Below, in pieces: positions 20,149 through 30,147 of a stretch of DNA of 64,000 nt. Each line of letters starts with the position of its first letter. Within the stretch, counting starts at the first letter, position 1. Position numbers and translations under genes: made by a program. Where the stretch lies: contig CAXXJS010000030.1 in NCBI GenBank assembly GCA_963662665.2, forward strand, positions 1 to 64,000, given 5' to 3'. Source of the DNA: Candidatus Latescibacterota bacterium. Lineage in GTDB: Bacteria; Latescibacterota; UBA2968; GCA-2709665. A model generated the notes under the pieces. It made no database searches. It was not told the DNA's origin and saw only the letters and a program-made list of their open reading frames with translations.

Positions 20149-21516
20149 TCAGCCCGTCCAGGGCCCGGTGATGGCCAGGGTGATCCCAGGCGACTGGATA
20201 TTGGCGTAGAGGGTGCGGCCGTTGGGCGAGAACGTGGCGCCGGCGAACTCGGACTCGTTGAAGGCGTTGCGGCCGAGCTTGTAGATCCGCCCCTCCGGAG
20301 TGACCCCCACCAGGTGGTTGTCCCCGCCGCCGTCCTCGCAGAGCACGAGGTCGCCCCAGGGCGCCACCGTCAGGTTGTCGCAGTTCTCCACCAGGTTGCC
20401 GTCGTTGGGTTCGATAAACAGCTCCAGGGTCCCGGGCGAGGCCGTCTCGTTTGGCGTCCCCTCGCCGGGGCCTGGCTTGTAGCGCCACACCTGCCCCTTC
20501 TTCTCCTTGCCGCCGCTGGTGCAAGCGAAGTAGACGGCCTCCCGGCCGTACCACATACCCTCGCCGCGGGCGAATCGGGCGGCGCCCTTGTCGAATCCCT
20601 GGTGGCGCAGGTCATTGTCCGGGGACTCCACGTCCTCCAAGTCGATCCAGGCCGCAGCCAGGCGGTCCCCGGGAGCGACGGTTTGCGACTCGTGGTTGGA
20701 CGTGTCCAGGCTCGGCCGGTCGAGGGCCATGAGCGCCTGCAGCCGGCCACCGGCCGCGAGACGTCCGGGCTTGTCGGGCAGGTAGCGGTAGATGAGACCG
20801 TCCCCGGCGTCCTCGGTCTGATAGACGATGCCCGTCGCCGGATGGACGGCCACCGCCTCGTGGTTGAAGCGGCCCATCGCCTTCAGGGCCACCGGCTCCA
20901 CAAGCCCCGTGGCCGGGCCCGCCGGGACCTCGAAGTTGTACCCGTGGTCCTGTTCGTGGTTATCGTCGGCACGCTGGGTCGTCTCCTCGCAGGTGATCCA
21001 GCTTCCCCAGGGGGTGAGGCCGCCGGCGCAGTTGCGCACGGTGCCGGCGAGGCTGAGGTAATGTTTCTCCAGCTCACCGGCGGGGCCGAGTACGAAGGTC
21101 GTCGTCCCTCCCTGCGGCGGATCGCCGCGGCCAAAGTCGTAGAACCGCTCGCGCGGCAGCTTGCCGAGACGCTCGTTCTCATCGCCGAAGGCGCCGACCT
21201 TGCGGGCCCCCGCAGTGAGTTCGTGGTTGCAGACCAGCAGGGTCCGTCCCTCCGCCGCGGGAAAGGCTGCCATGGCGTCGGGCAGCCCCGGCACCCGCAG
21301 GCCATCGTCCATCTCGCCTCCGGTGCGGGAGATCACCCGGTAAGTGAAGCCCGCGGGCAGGTCGAGGATCCCGCCCGGGTCCGGTCGCATCGGGCCGTAG
21401 CCCGCGGCGATCCCCTCCTCGGGGGCCTGTCCCCAGACCACGTGGAACTGCAGCCCCTGGAATCCCAACGTGACGGCGGCCGCTGACTTCAGGAACTTTC
21501 TTCTGGTGACGGGCAT
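20149..21516 (-). CDS. phoX: Tat-exported PhoX-family (DUF839) alkaline phosphatase
   Basis: TRRKFLK Tat motif; NHE, RNCAGGLTPWGSWITCEE, MGRFNHEA, RGEG, DNLTVAPWG..CED, EFAGATFSP. Confidence 0.88.
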   Translation of the reverse strand: MPVTRRKFLKSAAAVTLGFQGLQFHVVWGQAPEEGIAAGYGPMRPDPGGILDLPAGFTYRVISRTGGEMDDGLRVPGLPDAMAAFPAAEGRTLLVCNHELTAGARKVGAFGDENERLGKLPRERFYDFGRGDPPQGGTTTFVLGPAGELEKHYLSLAGTVRNCAGGLTPWGSWITCEETTQRADDNHEQDHGYNFEVPAGPATGLVEPVALKAMGRFNHEAVAVHPATGIVYQTEDAGDGLIYRYLPDKPGRLAAGGRLQALMALDRPSLDTSNHESQTVAPGDRLAAAWIDLEDVESPDNDLRHQGFDKGAARFARGEGMWYGREAVYFACTSGGKEKKGQVWRYKPGPGEGTPNETASPGTLELFIEPNDGNLVENCDNLTVAPWGDLVLCEDGGGDNHLVGVTPEGRIYKLGRNAFNESEFAGATFSPNGRTLYANIQSPGITLAITGPWTG

Positions 21517-21706
21517 CTACTCACTCCTCCTTCAGTAGTGAACGTACAAATACAAGCTTCCTTCCCACTTACATCGGCGAGACGAGGCGCAGGGAGTTCT
21601 CCGAGAGCAGCCTGCAATGCACCGGCGGCTCCAGGTCCAGTCCGGGTAGCCACGCGCGCAGTGCTTCGCCCGGTGCGTCCCGGCCGGACGCCTCGTCAAC
21701 GGGCTG

Positions 21707-22759
21707 TTATCGCTCCTTCACCGTTTCCGCATTTTCACCGGTCCCTTGATCGGTCCTCGTCTGTTCGTCGAGCCGCCGTTTCTCTTCCATGCGCCTGTTC
21801 AATTCCAATATGGCATTCCGGTATTTCCCGCTGGACTTTCCGGCATAGGCTTCCTGTAATGCGGTTCGCGCCTGGTCGAACCGGTCCGTATACATGTAAC
21901 TCAGTCCAAGATTGTAGAATGCCTTATGTACTACGGGGGAATTGGAATAGGTATCGGTTGCCTCCTCAAAGACGTCGATCGCGGAATCCCAGTTGCCCGC
22001 CTGAACCAATCTGAAGCCGCGTTCCAGTTCCGGCATTTCCTTGCGGGTTTCAAATGAGACGTATACGCGCTCGATATACGGCACAATCATCCGAACAACG
22101 GACCGCACGATATCCGCCCGGCAGGCCGCCAAAAGCCGCCTGCGATCGGCATTGTCGATACTGGCCTCGCTTTGAGTCTTCCCGGACCTTCTCATTGTCT
22201 TACGCCCGGAAAAATTCCTGCTGGCCAGGATTCTCGAAGTTTTCAGGTCCACGATCCGCAGCTGGACCTCTACCCGTGCGATACCCTTCCGGTGGTATTT
22301 TCGACTGGCGGTTTTCTTGTTTGTCTTCTTGTTCGTGCGCTCAGCATCCTCGTCGATTTCCTCTTCATCGTAATCGTATGTCAGGATGCCGCCCGAGATG
22401 AGGACGACGTTTCCGATATCGGTGTTCCGGCCCTGCGCGATCTTCAGGCTCTCGTAGTCCAGAAGTTCAAATCGATCGGATGCTGCAAGGGACTGCGCCA
22501 TCTCAGCGGAGAATCTCAGGATCCAGGTGTCTTTGGACTCCACACCCTGAAGAAACTTGCCTAAATCGCCGAGTCTGGATACGAACCCGCTCCCGGACCC
22601 CTTTATTTCTCCGATTGCGATTTTTTCATATTTGCTAAGGTTGATTTCAGCCGGACGCGTCACGAGGAAGGAGATACTCCTGCCGCCACAGCCCGAAACC
22701 AGAACCGAGATCGTTAAGACCGACCAGAGTGTATGATTAAGCCGGTACGTTTTTCTCAA
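21707..22759 (-). CDS. Lipoprotein with CsgG-like domain and C-terminal TPR
   Basis: Lipobox LVSGC; VEVQLRIVDLKTSRIL; TPR AFYNLGLSYMYTDRFDQA. Confidence 0.75.
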   Translation of the reverse strand: MRKTYRLNHTLWSVLTISVLVSGCGGRSISFLVTRPAEINLSKYEKIAIGEIKGSGSGFVSRLGDLGKFLQGVESKDTWILRFSAEMAQSLAASDRFELLDYESLKIAQGRNTDIGNVVLISGGILTYDYDEEEIDEDAERTNKKTNKKTASRKYHRKGIARVEVQLRIVDLKTSRILASRNFSGRKTMRRSGKTQSEASIDNADRRRLLAACRADIVRSVVRMIVPYIERVYVSFETRKEMPELERGFRLVQAGNWDSAIDVFEEATDTYSNSPVVHKAFYNLGLSYMYTDRFDQARTALQEAYAGKSSGKYRNAILELNRRMEEKRRLDEQTRTDQGTGENAETVKER

Positions 22760-22815
22760 AGCGCTTAGCTCCAGGTGTGATGGGAATTCGTCTGCGCTGG
22801 TCGAACCACGGGTAG

Positions 22816-23595
22816 TTACTCCTCCGTTGCAGTCAGCATGCGGACGCGGTCGATAATCGCCGTTACGGTCCCGGTCACGGCCTCGAGTAGCTCGGAGCGA
22901 TCATGAAGGAGGACTGCCGCGCCAGCATAGTGATATCTTACCGCATACTCTGGCAGCCACGCCAGCCGCTCGCCGGCGGGGGTGTGGTTTTCACCGGGAT
23001 GCTGCCGCACGATTGCGGCAAGCGTCGCCAGATCGTGGGTATTGCCGTAGTCTTCGTCGAGCGCGGAAATCCAGCCTTTCAGGGCATTTTCGAGTGCCTG
23101 TTGTGCGTGAAAGCCAATGGCTTCATGCGCTGCGTTCGCTTCTACCAGAATCTTCAGAACGCCGAGTTCCCGCCGGGCATTGGCAATGCGTTGCTTGACG
23201 TCGGGCCAGTTGCTCGGCTCCGGATTGTTGAAATCTGCCTTATCGCCATTGGTGTCGAATCCGTCGCGGACGGCCTGGCCCGCCACGTGATTGCGCGCGC
23301 GACGACCGTAATGGAAATCCCCTTCACTAATCCTGACGAGATCGACGCCGATAGAACCGCCGTACAGCTCTGCGGCCTTGCCATGAGCGATCGAACTGGC
23401 GCGCTGGTACGAGCCATTGTCCATGGTATCGGAGTCGGTAATGACGAGCAAATCGACGTCCGAATCCGGGCTGAAGTCGCCCCGGGCGCGCGAGCCGAAC
23501 AGGATGACCCGGTCCGGACGGACCGCATCACCAACCGCCCGGGCGACGGCGCATGCATTCGGGTCGGGGGTCAGAAGCGTCGGTGGCGTTGGCAT
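22816..23595 (-). CDS. Fused MNT-HEPN protein, copy 2
   Basis: Paralog of 19293..20093 with a near-identical MNT half. ATG 23595 aligns with the copy-1 start; the ORF extends to 23634. Confidence 0.88.
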   Translation of the reverse strand: MPTPPTLLTPDPNACAVARAVGDAVRPDRVILFGSRARGDFSPDSDVDLLVITDSDTMDNGSYQRASSIAHGKAAELYGGSIGVDLVRISEGDFHYGRRARNHVAGQAVRDGFDTNGDKADFNNPEPSNWPDVKQRIANARRELGVLKILVEANAAHEAIGFHAQQALENALKGWISALDEDYGNTHDLATLAAIVRQHPGENHTPAGERLAWLPEYAVRYHYAGAAVLLHDRSELLEAVTGTVTAIIDRVRMLTATEE

Positions 23596-23957
23596 TGTCA
23601 AATTCACCTGTGAGCTGTACGGATCATGAGGCAACGTCCCCTATCCCCTTGACCTTACCGAGAGGCGGGGAGACGGAAGAGGCAAAACTATAGAGATTGC
23701 CTGCCACGTGAGGTCTCAGTTCAGACCGGAAGCATTGATGAAGAGCGGATCGGGCAAGGATTCCTTCGGCCGTCTACCGTCTCACCACCTTTTACCGTTT
23801 CTCTGCTCTTCTCTTCGTGTCTTTGTGTCTTCGTGTGAGCTGATTATTACTTCTGTCCCTTCGATCGTTTCCGTCCACGTTAGCGTCTTACAGTAAGACT
23901 TCTACGCAGAATGCGTTCAAGTTTTTTCATGCTGCCAGCTAACAAAAAGGCGCTGCG

Positions 23958-24041
23958 ATCCCCCCACCACCGTCGCCGGCCCTTTGACAAGCTCAGGGAT
24001 CGGCTCGGCTTCTGCGACTCCCACTCAAGGGGGGAGTGATT
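23958..24041. repeat. Hairpin/MITE-like repeat (CTCCCCCCTTGAG...CCCTGAGCTTGTC..GGG); inverted third copy of 9961-10048 and 18778-18889
   Basis: The reverse complement aligns with the two array copies. Confidence 0.8.
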
Positions 24042-24138
24042 AAGCCGTTTAAGCGACGCGCGCACTCAATTGCACCAATATGGTTTCGGCTGAGCAAAGC
24101 GAAGCCGCGCTGGTACAGAATCGGTATGAATAGGGCGA

Positions 24139-24375
24139 TCAGACACGTTTGGCGACGTGGGGCTGGATTTCTTCGTACTCGGGGAAGCGGCCTTCCTTGA
24201 TCTTGGAGAAGGCGAGTTCGCCGTCGACGGTGACTTCGAACTTTCCACCGCCGGATGGGATGAGCGTAAAGCCTTCGATATCCTGCTTGAACTCTCTGAG
24301 GAGTCTGTCCGTCAAACTGACGGTCTGGTCTTCGTAGCCTCAAGCCGCGCAGTATTCGATGTCGATTCTGGGCAT
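24139..24375 (-). CDS. SelW/Rdx-family selenoprotein (CxxU), 78 aa
   Basis: AAGGAGG RBS; MPRIDIEYCAA[TGA]GYEDQ...GGGKFEVTVDGELAFSKIKEGRFP. TGA at 24340-24342; downstream hairpin at 24309-24323. Confidence 0.92.
24309..24323 (-). promoter_or_regulatory. Putative bacterial SECIS apical stem-loop
   Basis: CCGUCA-GUU-UGACGG; the loop begins with G, 22 nt after the UGA. Confidence 0.7.
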
Positions 24376-24586
24376 CTGGCGCCTCCTTAGCGTTTGTGGA
24401 TGATTACCCGCTTCGGACTGGAAATGGACGTGATTTCAGCGGTTGATTCAATATATCTCCTCCTGCCGGGATTGTCAACACGGGGTCTCCGCGCATATCC
24501 GGATTCCGCTTGACCGTCCCCATTGAGAGGTTTAGATTGCGTTGGCCATTCAGGTGGTTGTCGAAACGACGAAACAGCGGGAGTAG

Positions 24587-26101
24587 ATGATGTCCACACA
24601 GCAGGCGTACGACGATCTCATCGGCCGGTGGAAGGAACTGCAGTTGCTGGAATCCTGCGCGGCCGTGCTGGGATGGGACGAACGCACGTATATGCCCCGC
24701 GGCGGCGCCGCACACCGGGCGGAGCAGCACGCCCTGCTGGCCGGGATGGCGCACGAGCGTGCAACGGCGCCCGAGGTGGGTGAGTTGCTGTCGCGGGTCG
24801 AGGAGGGCGATGAGGGTTTACGGCCGGAATCGACCCCTGCCGTGAACGTGCGGGAAATCCGGCGAGAATACGACAGAAGGACGAAGTTGCCGAAGACGCT
24901 GGTGGAGGCGCTGGCGAAGGCGACGACGCTGGCGGAGCAGGCCTGGCAGGACGCGCGGGAAGCCTCGGCGTTCGAGCAGTTCCGGCCTCACCTGGTGGAA
25001 GTGGTCGGCCTTACCCGGGAGGTGGCCGAGGCGCTCAGGGATGGTGGCACATTGTACGACGCGCTCCTGGACCGGTTTGAACCTGGAGAGACCTCACACA
25101 ATCTCAAGAGGGTGTTCGGGGCGCTGCGAGACGAACTGGCCCCGCTCGTCGCGGCCATTGCGGAGTCGGGAAGGGCGCCCGACGCGTCAATCCTGACCCG
25201 CGACTATCCCGTGGCGAAACAGACCGCGTTCGGCATCGCCGCGGCGGATGCCATCGGGTTCGACTTCGAGCGCGGGCGGCTGGATGAAACGGTGCACCCC
25301 TTCTGCACGGGGATCGGTCCGGGCGATACCAGGATAACGACGCGATACGATTCCAACCAGTTTGCACAGGCTTTCTTCGGGACGCTCCACGAGGCGGGTC
25401 ACGGCCTGTACGACCAGGGACTGGACCCAGCGCACTCCGGAACGCCAATGGCCGAAGCCGTGTCCCTGGGCATCCACGAGTCCCAGTCCCGGACGTGGGA
25501 GAACTTCGTAGGGCGCAGCCGGTCGTTCTGGACGCATATTTTTCCTAAGGCGCGTGAAGTCTTTCCCGCGGCGCTGGCGAACGTTTCGCCGGAGTCGTTT
25601 TACTTTGCGGTCAATGACGTACGGCCGTCGTTCATCCGGGTGGAGGCGGACGAGGCGACCTATAATCTGCATATTCTGCTGCGGTTCGCGCTGGAGGAAG
25701 CCCTCGTGGAAGGCGACCTTCCGGTAGGCGACGTTCCGGGAGCGTGGAACGAGCGGTTCGAGCAGGACTTCGGGTTGAAGCCGCCGGACGACGCGCACGG
25801 ATGCATTCAGGACGTTCACTGGAGTGCGGGATTGATCGGATACTTCCCCACCTATACCCTGGGCAACCTCTACGGCGCCCAGTTTTTCGAAGCCGCCCGC
25901 CGGGATCTGGGCGATCTCGACGGACAATTCACCGAAGGCGAGTTCCGACCGCTGTTGGGATGGCTGAGGGAAAGGATCCATAGGCAGGGGAAACGCTATA
26001 CGGCTTCGGAATTGGTGGAGAAGGTCACTGGAAAACCCCTGGATCATCAGGCGTTGATGGCGCATCTTAAGGCGAAATTCGGGCCGTTGTATGGGGTTTG
26101 A
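24587..26101 (+). CDS. Carboxypeptidase Taq (peptidase M32)
   Basis: HPF, DTRITTRY, HEAGH, HESQS, IRVEADE, QDVHW, GYFPTYTLG. Confidence 0.95.
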   Translation: MMSTQQAYDDLIGRWKELQLLESCAAVLGWDERTYMPRGGAAHRAEQHALLAGMAHERATAPEVGELLSRVEEGDEGLRPESTPAVNVREIRREYDRRTKLPKTLVEALAKATTLAEQAWQDAREASAFEQFRPHLVEVVGLTREVAEALRDGGTLYDALLDRFEPGETSHNLKRVFGALRDELAPLVAAIAESGRAPDASILTRDYPVAKQTAFGIAAADAIGFDFERGRLDETVHPFCTGIGPGDTRITTRYDSNQFAQAFFGTLHEAGHGLYDQGLDPAHSGTPMAEAVSLGIHESQSRTWENFVGRSRSFWTHIFPKAREVFPAALANVSPESFYFAVNDVRPSFIRVEADEATYNLHILLRFALEEALVEGDLPVGDVPGAWNERFEQDFGLKPPDDAHGCIQDVHWSAGLIGYFPTYTLGNLYGAQFFEAARRDLGDLDGQFTEGEFRPLLGWLRERIHRQGKRYTASELVEKVTGKPLDHQALMAHLKAKFGPLYGV

Positions 26102-27050
26102 GCCATCGGACAGACGGCCCGTGATTCTGGATGCGGACCCGGGTGTGGACGACGCCCTGGCGATGATGCTCGCGCTGGGATCCCCCGAACTGACGGTGCT
26201 GGGCATCTGCACCGTCAGCGGCAACGTGCCGCTGGACGTTGGAACGGAGAACGCGCTGAAGGTGCTGGCATTGCTGGATCGTGACGATGTGCCGGTTTAT
26301 CCGGGCGCGAGCGGTCCGCTACGGAGAGGGGCCGTATACGCCACCGAGGTACACGGGCCTGGTGGATTGGGGGACTCCGGGTTGCCGTCACCCGGCCGTT
26401 CGCCCTCGGGTGACGCGGTCTCGTTTATGGCTGAGACACTGTCGAACCGGCCGGGGGAGGTGACGCTGATCGCGGTGGGGCCGCTGACCAATCTGGCCCT
26501 GGCGGAAGCGCGGGCGCCCGGCGTGTTGAAAATGGCCCGGGAGGTGTGCGTGATGGGCGGTGCGCTTGAAGAGCCGGGCAACGTAACGCCGGCGGCGGAG
26601 TTTAATTTCTTCGCCGATCCCGATGCCGCGAGGCAGGTTGTGCGTTCCGGCGCGCGAATAACGCTGGCGCCTTTAGACGTGACCCATCGGGTGGCGCTGG
26701 AAGCATCGCATTTTGCCGGGATACCGCCAACGCCTGCGGGTCGTTTTGTCAAAGACGCGGTCCGGCCGGCCATGAAACATTCATTAAGGGTTCAGAACCG
26801 GCGTCATTTCTTTCTGCACGATCCGTTGGCGGTGGGGCTGGCGGTCGTTCCGTCTCTCTTCTGCATCGACACGGTTTTTGCGGACGTGGAGACGGAGGGA
26901 GATCTCACATCGGGGCAGGTGGTCGTGGACCGGCGGCCGTTTTCGAATGACGAAAACCGGAAGGGTTGGCCGGTGAGATGCGCGATGGACGTGGACGCCG
27001 ATGAGTTTCTGGCGTTTTTTTTAGGCAGGATTTTTCCTTCATCCGCATAA
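26091..27050 (+). CDS. Inosine/uridine-preferring nucleoside hydrolase
   Basis: DADPGVDD, GPLTNLA, GNVTPAAEFNFFADP, LHDPLA. Confidence 0.93.
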   Translation: MGFEPSDRRPVILDADPGVDDALAMMLALGSPELTVLGICTVSGNVPLDVGTENALKVLALLDRDDVPVYPGASGPLRRGAVYATEVHGPGGLGDSGLPSPGRSPSGDAVSFMAETLSNRPGEVTLIAVGPLTNLALAEARAPGVLKMAREVCVMGGALEEPGNVTPAAEFNFFADPDAARQVVRSGARITLAPLDVTHRVALEASHFAGIPPTPAGRFVKDAVRPAMKHSLRVQNRRHFFLHDPLAVGLAVVPSLFCIDTVFADVETEGDLTSGQVVVDRRPFSNDENRKGWPVRCAMDVDADEFLAFFLGRIFPSSA

Positions 27051-27067
27051 CGGAAGGTGTTCACACG

Positions 27068-27814
27068 TTGAAAGCGATTATCATCGGCGCCGGACGCGGA
27101 ATCCGATTGATGCCTCACACGGAAAACGCGCCGAAATGCCTCGCCGAAGTGAAGGGCCGGCGCATTCTGGATTGGGGCCTCGACGCCTTGCGGGCAGCCG
27201 GATTGCACGAAATCGTCTTTATCGGGGGCTACCGCATCGAGCGGGTGCAGACCGAATATCCGGGTCTCACCTATTGTCACAATGCAGACTGGCCCAATAA
27301 CAATATCCTGATGTCTCTGATGCACGCGGAGTTCCATATGGACGACGGTTTCGTCTGCGCCTATTCCGATATTCTCTACAGGCCTGAGATCGTCGCGAAT
27401 CTGATGGAAAGCGTGCACGAGATTACTCTGGTGTGCGACACGGACTGGCGCGCGCGATACCGAAAGCGGTCCGAGCATCCCGAGAACGACGCGGAGAAGA
27501 TGGCCTCCGTGGGTAACAGGGTGGTTGCCATCGGCCGGAACGTCCCCGGAGAGATCGCCCACGGCGAATATACGGGCATTGCCCGTTTCGGGAGAGAGGG
27601 GACCGTGCAGTTTTGCGACGCCTTCCACCAGGCGAGGGCCGCACACGACGGGCGGCCGTTCCAATCGGCCCTTTCATTTCAGAAAGCGTATCTGATCGAC
27701 CTGTACCAGGAGATGCTGGACGCGAGGGTGCCGATGCACCTGATGGAGACGGAGGGAGGATATATGGAGATCGATACGAATCAGGATTTCAGCATCGCAC
27801 GGGAGGAGTGGTAG
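27068..27814 (+). CDS. NTP-transferase (phosphocholine/phosphonate cytidylyltransferase-like)
   Basis: IIIGAGRGIRL..PKCL; GEYTGI; EIDT..D. Confidence 0.85.
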   Translation: MKAIIIGAGRGIRLMPHTENAPKCLAEVKGRRILDWGLDALRAAGLHEIVFIGGYRIERVQTEYPGLTYCHNADWPNNNILMSLMHAEFHMDDGFVCAYSDILYRPEIVANLMESVHEITLVCDTDWRARYRKRSEHPENDAEKMASVGNRVVAIGRNVPGEIAHGEYTGIARFGREGTVQFCDAFHQARAAHDGRPFQSALSFQKAYLIDLYQEMLDARVPMHLMETEGGYMEIDTNQDFSIAREEW

Positions 27815-27815
27815 T

Positions 27816-28877
27816 TTGGTCGACAACCCTGTCCTGTTTCCAGCCGGCGTTGTGGGAAGTATGCCGCGGTCGCAGTTTGTACGCGACCTGCTGGACCCCG
27901 AAAAAGCGCCCGAAGATCCGTCCCGGTCTTCCATGCTGATGGACGCCTCGGTGGACTACGTTCTGGCGTTGCAGGAAACGGCGGGCCTGGACATTGTTTC
28001 CGACGGAGAGTACCGCCGCCGGTCATACATCGGCATCATTGCGGACGTGGCGGACGGATTTATCCGGGAACGGAAAGAAGGACTCTGGTGGCACACTGTG
28101 GTGGAACCCCTCCGGGTGAGGAGGGCGGGTCTTGCCGCTTCCGAGGCGAAATATCTCCGGGCGCGGACCCGCAAATCGATCAAGGTGTGTCTGCCCTCTC
28201 CATATCTCCTTGGGCAGAGAATGTGGCATCCGGAAAGATCCCGTGACGCGTACCCGACTCGCGAGGCGTTTATGCGCGCGCTGGTTCCGATTCTGCGGGA
28301 CGAACTGCTGCTGCTGCGCGACGCCGGCGCCCATATAGTCCAGTTCGACGATCCCCATCTCTGTCTGTTTGTGGATGCCCGCGTGCGCGGGAGGTATGAA
28401 AATCCGGAACGGGAGATGGACCTCTGCGTGGATCTCATGAACCAGATTGTACACGGTGTTGAGGGATTGGCCACGGCGGTACATCTTTGCCGGAGGAACA
28501 AGGGAAGGGCCGGATGGGTAGGACAGGGCGGATACGGACCAATTCTGCCCGCGTTGCTGCGACTCAACGTGCATCAGTACGTAATGGAATTCACCGTTCC
28601 CGTTGCGGGTGATCTGGATGTCTTGAAACAAATTCCGGAAGCCAGGCAGGTGGGACTGGGTTGCGTGGACTGCAGGTCTGCGCATATCGATCCCGTTGCA
28701 GCCATTGTCCAACGCGTGGAACAGGCCCTGGAATTTCTCCATCCCGACCAGATCGTTCTGAACCCGGACTGTGGGTTCGCGCCGGGAAACGCGGCCGAAA
28801 TTCCCGTTGAGGAGGCCTACGCAAAGCTGTGCAACGAGTCAAGAGCAGCGCGAATTCTGCGTGAGAAATACGGGTAG
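27816..28877 (+). CDS. Cobalamin-independent methionine synthase II family protein
   Basis: VGSMPRS, SDGEYRR, HLCR, E, NPDCGF zinc ligands. Confidence 0.9.
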   Translation: MVDNPVLFPAGVVGSMPRSQFVRDLLDPEKAPEDPSRSSMLMDASVDYVLALQETAGLDIVSDGEYRRRSYIGIIADVADGFIRERKEGLWWHTVVEPLRVRRAGLAASEAKYLRARTRKSIKVCLPSPYLLGQRMWHPERSRDAYPTREAFMRALVPILRDELLLLRDAGAHIVQFDDPHLCLFVDARVRGRYENPEREMDLCVDLMNQIVHGVEGLATAVHLCRRNKGRAGWVGQGGYGPILPALLRLNVHQYVMEFTVPVAGDLDVLKQIPEARQVGLGCVDCRSAHIDPVAAIVQRVEQALEFLHPDQIVLNPDCGFAPGNAAEIPVEEAYAKLCNESRAARILREKYG

Positions 28878-28881
28878 GATG

Positions 28882-29841
28882 TCAGGGATTCTGACGGAGG
28901 TAGAGATAGGATTCATACCTCTGGCGTGAAACTTCGTGCCGGTCCACCGCATCTTTCACAATGCAACCGGGCTCACGGACGTGGGTGCAGTCCCGGAAGC
29001 GGCAGTGGCCGGGCAGGCTCCGGAATTCCGGAAAAAGGCCGTGGATATCTTCCGGGCCGATCTCCCACAGTTGAAATTCCCTTACGCCGGGCAGGTCGCC
29101 AACCATGCCGCCGGTTTCCATTTTGACGAGTTCTGTGTGGGTGGTCGTATGCCGGCCTTCACCGGTGGTCTCGCTGACTTGCCTCGTCCGCAGTTCCAGG
29201 CCCGGCTGCAGCCAGTTGAGCAGGCTGGATTTGCCTGCGCCCGAAGGCCCCATAAAGAGCGAAAGCCGGCCCTTCAGGAGGTCCGTGAATTCTTCCTTGC
29301 CCCTGTCGGTAACGGTGCTGGTGAATACAACCGGGTATCCGATCTGTCTGTAAATGGAAGCCGACGTCTCGAATCCGGCGGGGCAGGGCAGGTCCAGTTT
29401 ATTGAAGCAGATGGCGGCGGGTATTTCATACCATTCTGCAACAGCCAGCATCCGGTCCAGCATATTCCAGTCCGGCGGCGGTTCTGCCACCGAGAAGACC
29501 GGCAGAAGCTGGTCGACGTTGGCGGCGAGGATCTGTTCTTTTCGTGAACTTCCCGAGGCCTTGCGTGAGATCTTGTTCCGTCTCGGCAGAATCTCACGGA
29601 TCAGACCGGTATTTCCATCGCCGACGTCGATCCGAACGCGGTCACCGATGGCAACGGGGTCTACAACGCGCGCGCGGCGGACGGCCTGTACCCGTTTCCG
29701 GCGCGAACCTGGCGCCGCCTGGGGATACTGAAGCTGTTTTCGCAATCGGCTCGAAACGGCACAGTAGACCACCCTGTTACCGGTGGCGACGTGGTAGTGC
29801 CCCCGTTGGTCCCGGATGACAATGCCTTCGGTGTGATCCAT
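28882..29841 (-). CDS. rsgA: Ribosome small subunit-dependent GTPase
   Basis: NKLDL, GPSGAGKSS, GRHTTT, DLPG, CRFRDCTHVREPGC. Confidence 0.95.
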   Translation of the reverse strand: MDHTEGIVIRDQRGHYHVATGNRVVYCAVSSRLRKQLQYPQAAPGSRRKRVQAVRRARVVDPVAIGDRVRIDVGDGNTGLIREILPRRNKISRKASGSSRKEQILAANVDQLLPVFSVAEPPPDWNMLDRMLAVAEWYEIPAAICFNKLDLPCPAGFETSASIYRQIGYPVVFTSTVTDRGKEEFTDLLKGRLSLFMGPSGAGKSSLLNWLQPGLELRTRQVSETTGEGRHTTTHTELVKMETGGMVGDLPGVREFQLWEIGPEDIHGLFPEFRSLPGHCRFRDCTHVREPGCIVKDAVDRHEVSRQRYESYLYLRQNP

Positions 29842-30147
29842 AACTGGTCCAGGAAGTCGGCGAGGTTCGACGGCGATTCCGGCTACGTGGGTTTCCGGCT
29901 TTCCAACCTGCTGTAAAAAGAAGGTTTACGGTCAATATTCACCATCGATGGAGCGTTCTCAAGGCGCGGAAAATACATAGCCGGAAATTCTTTGTCAAGA
30001 GAAAAGACATCATGGCGCCGGTTCCGGACCGCGGCTGTGGAGCGGCCGGTGAATCGGGTTGACTTTCAACTGCCATTTGTATATTCTTCGAAGACAGCGC
30101 CCATCCTAAGCGATTCGTCAGACGCGTTGTTCGAACGGGAGTTTTCC

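Noticed and set aside
24157-24390. + strand 77-aa ORF
   Set aside because: Antisense shadow of the selenoprotein gene.
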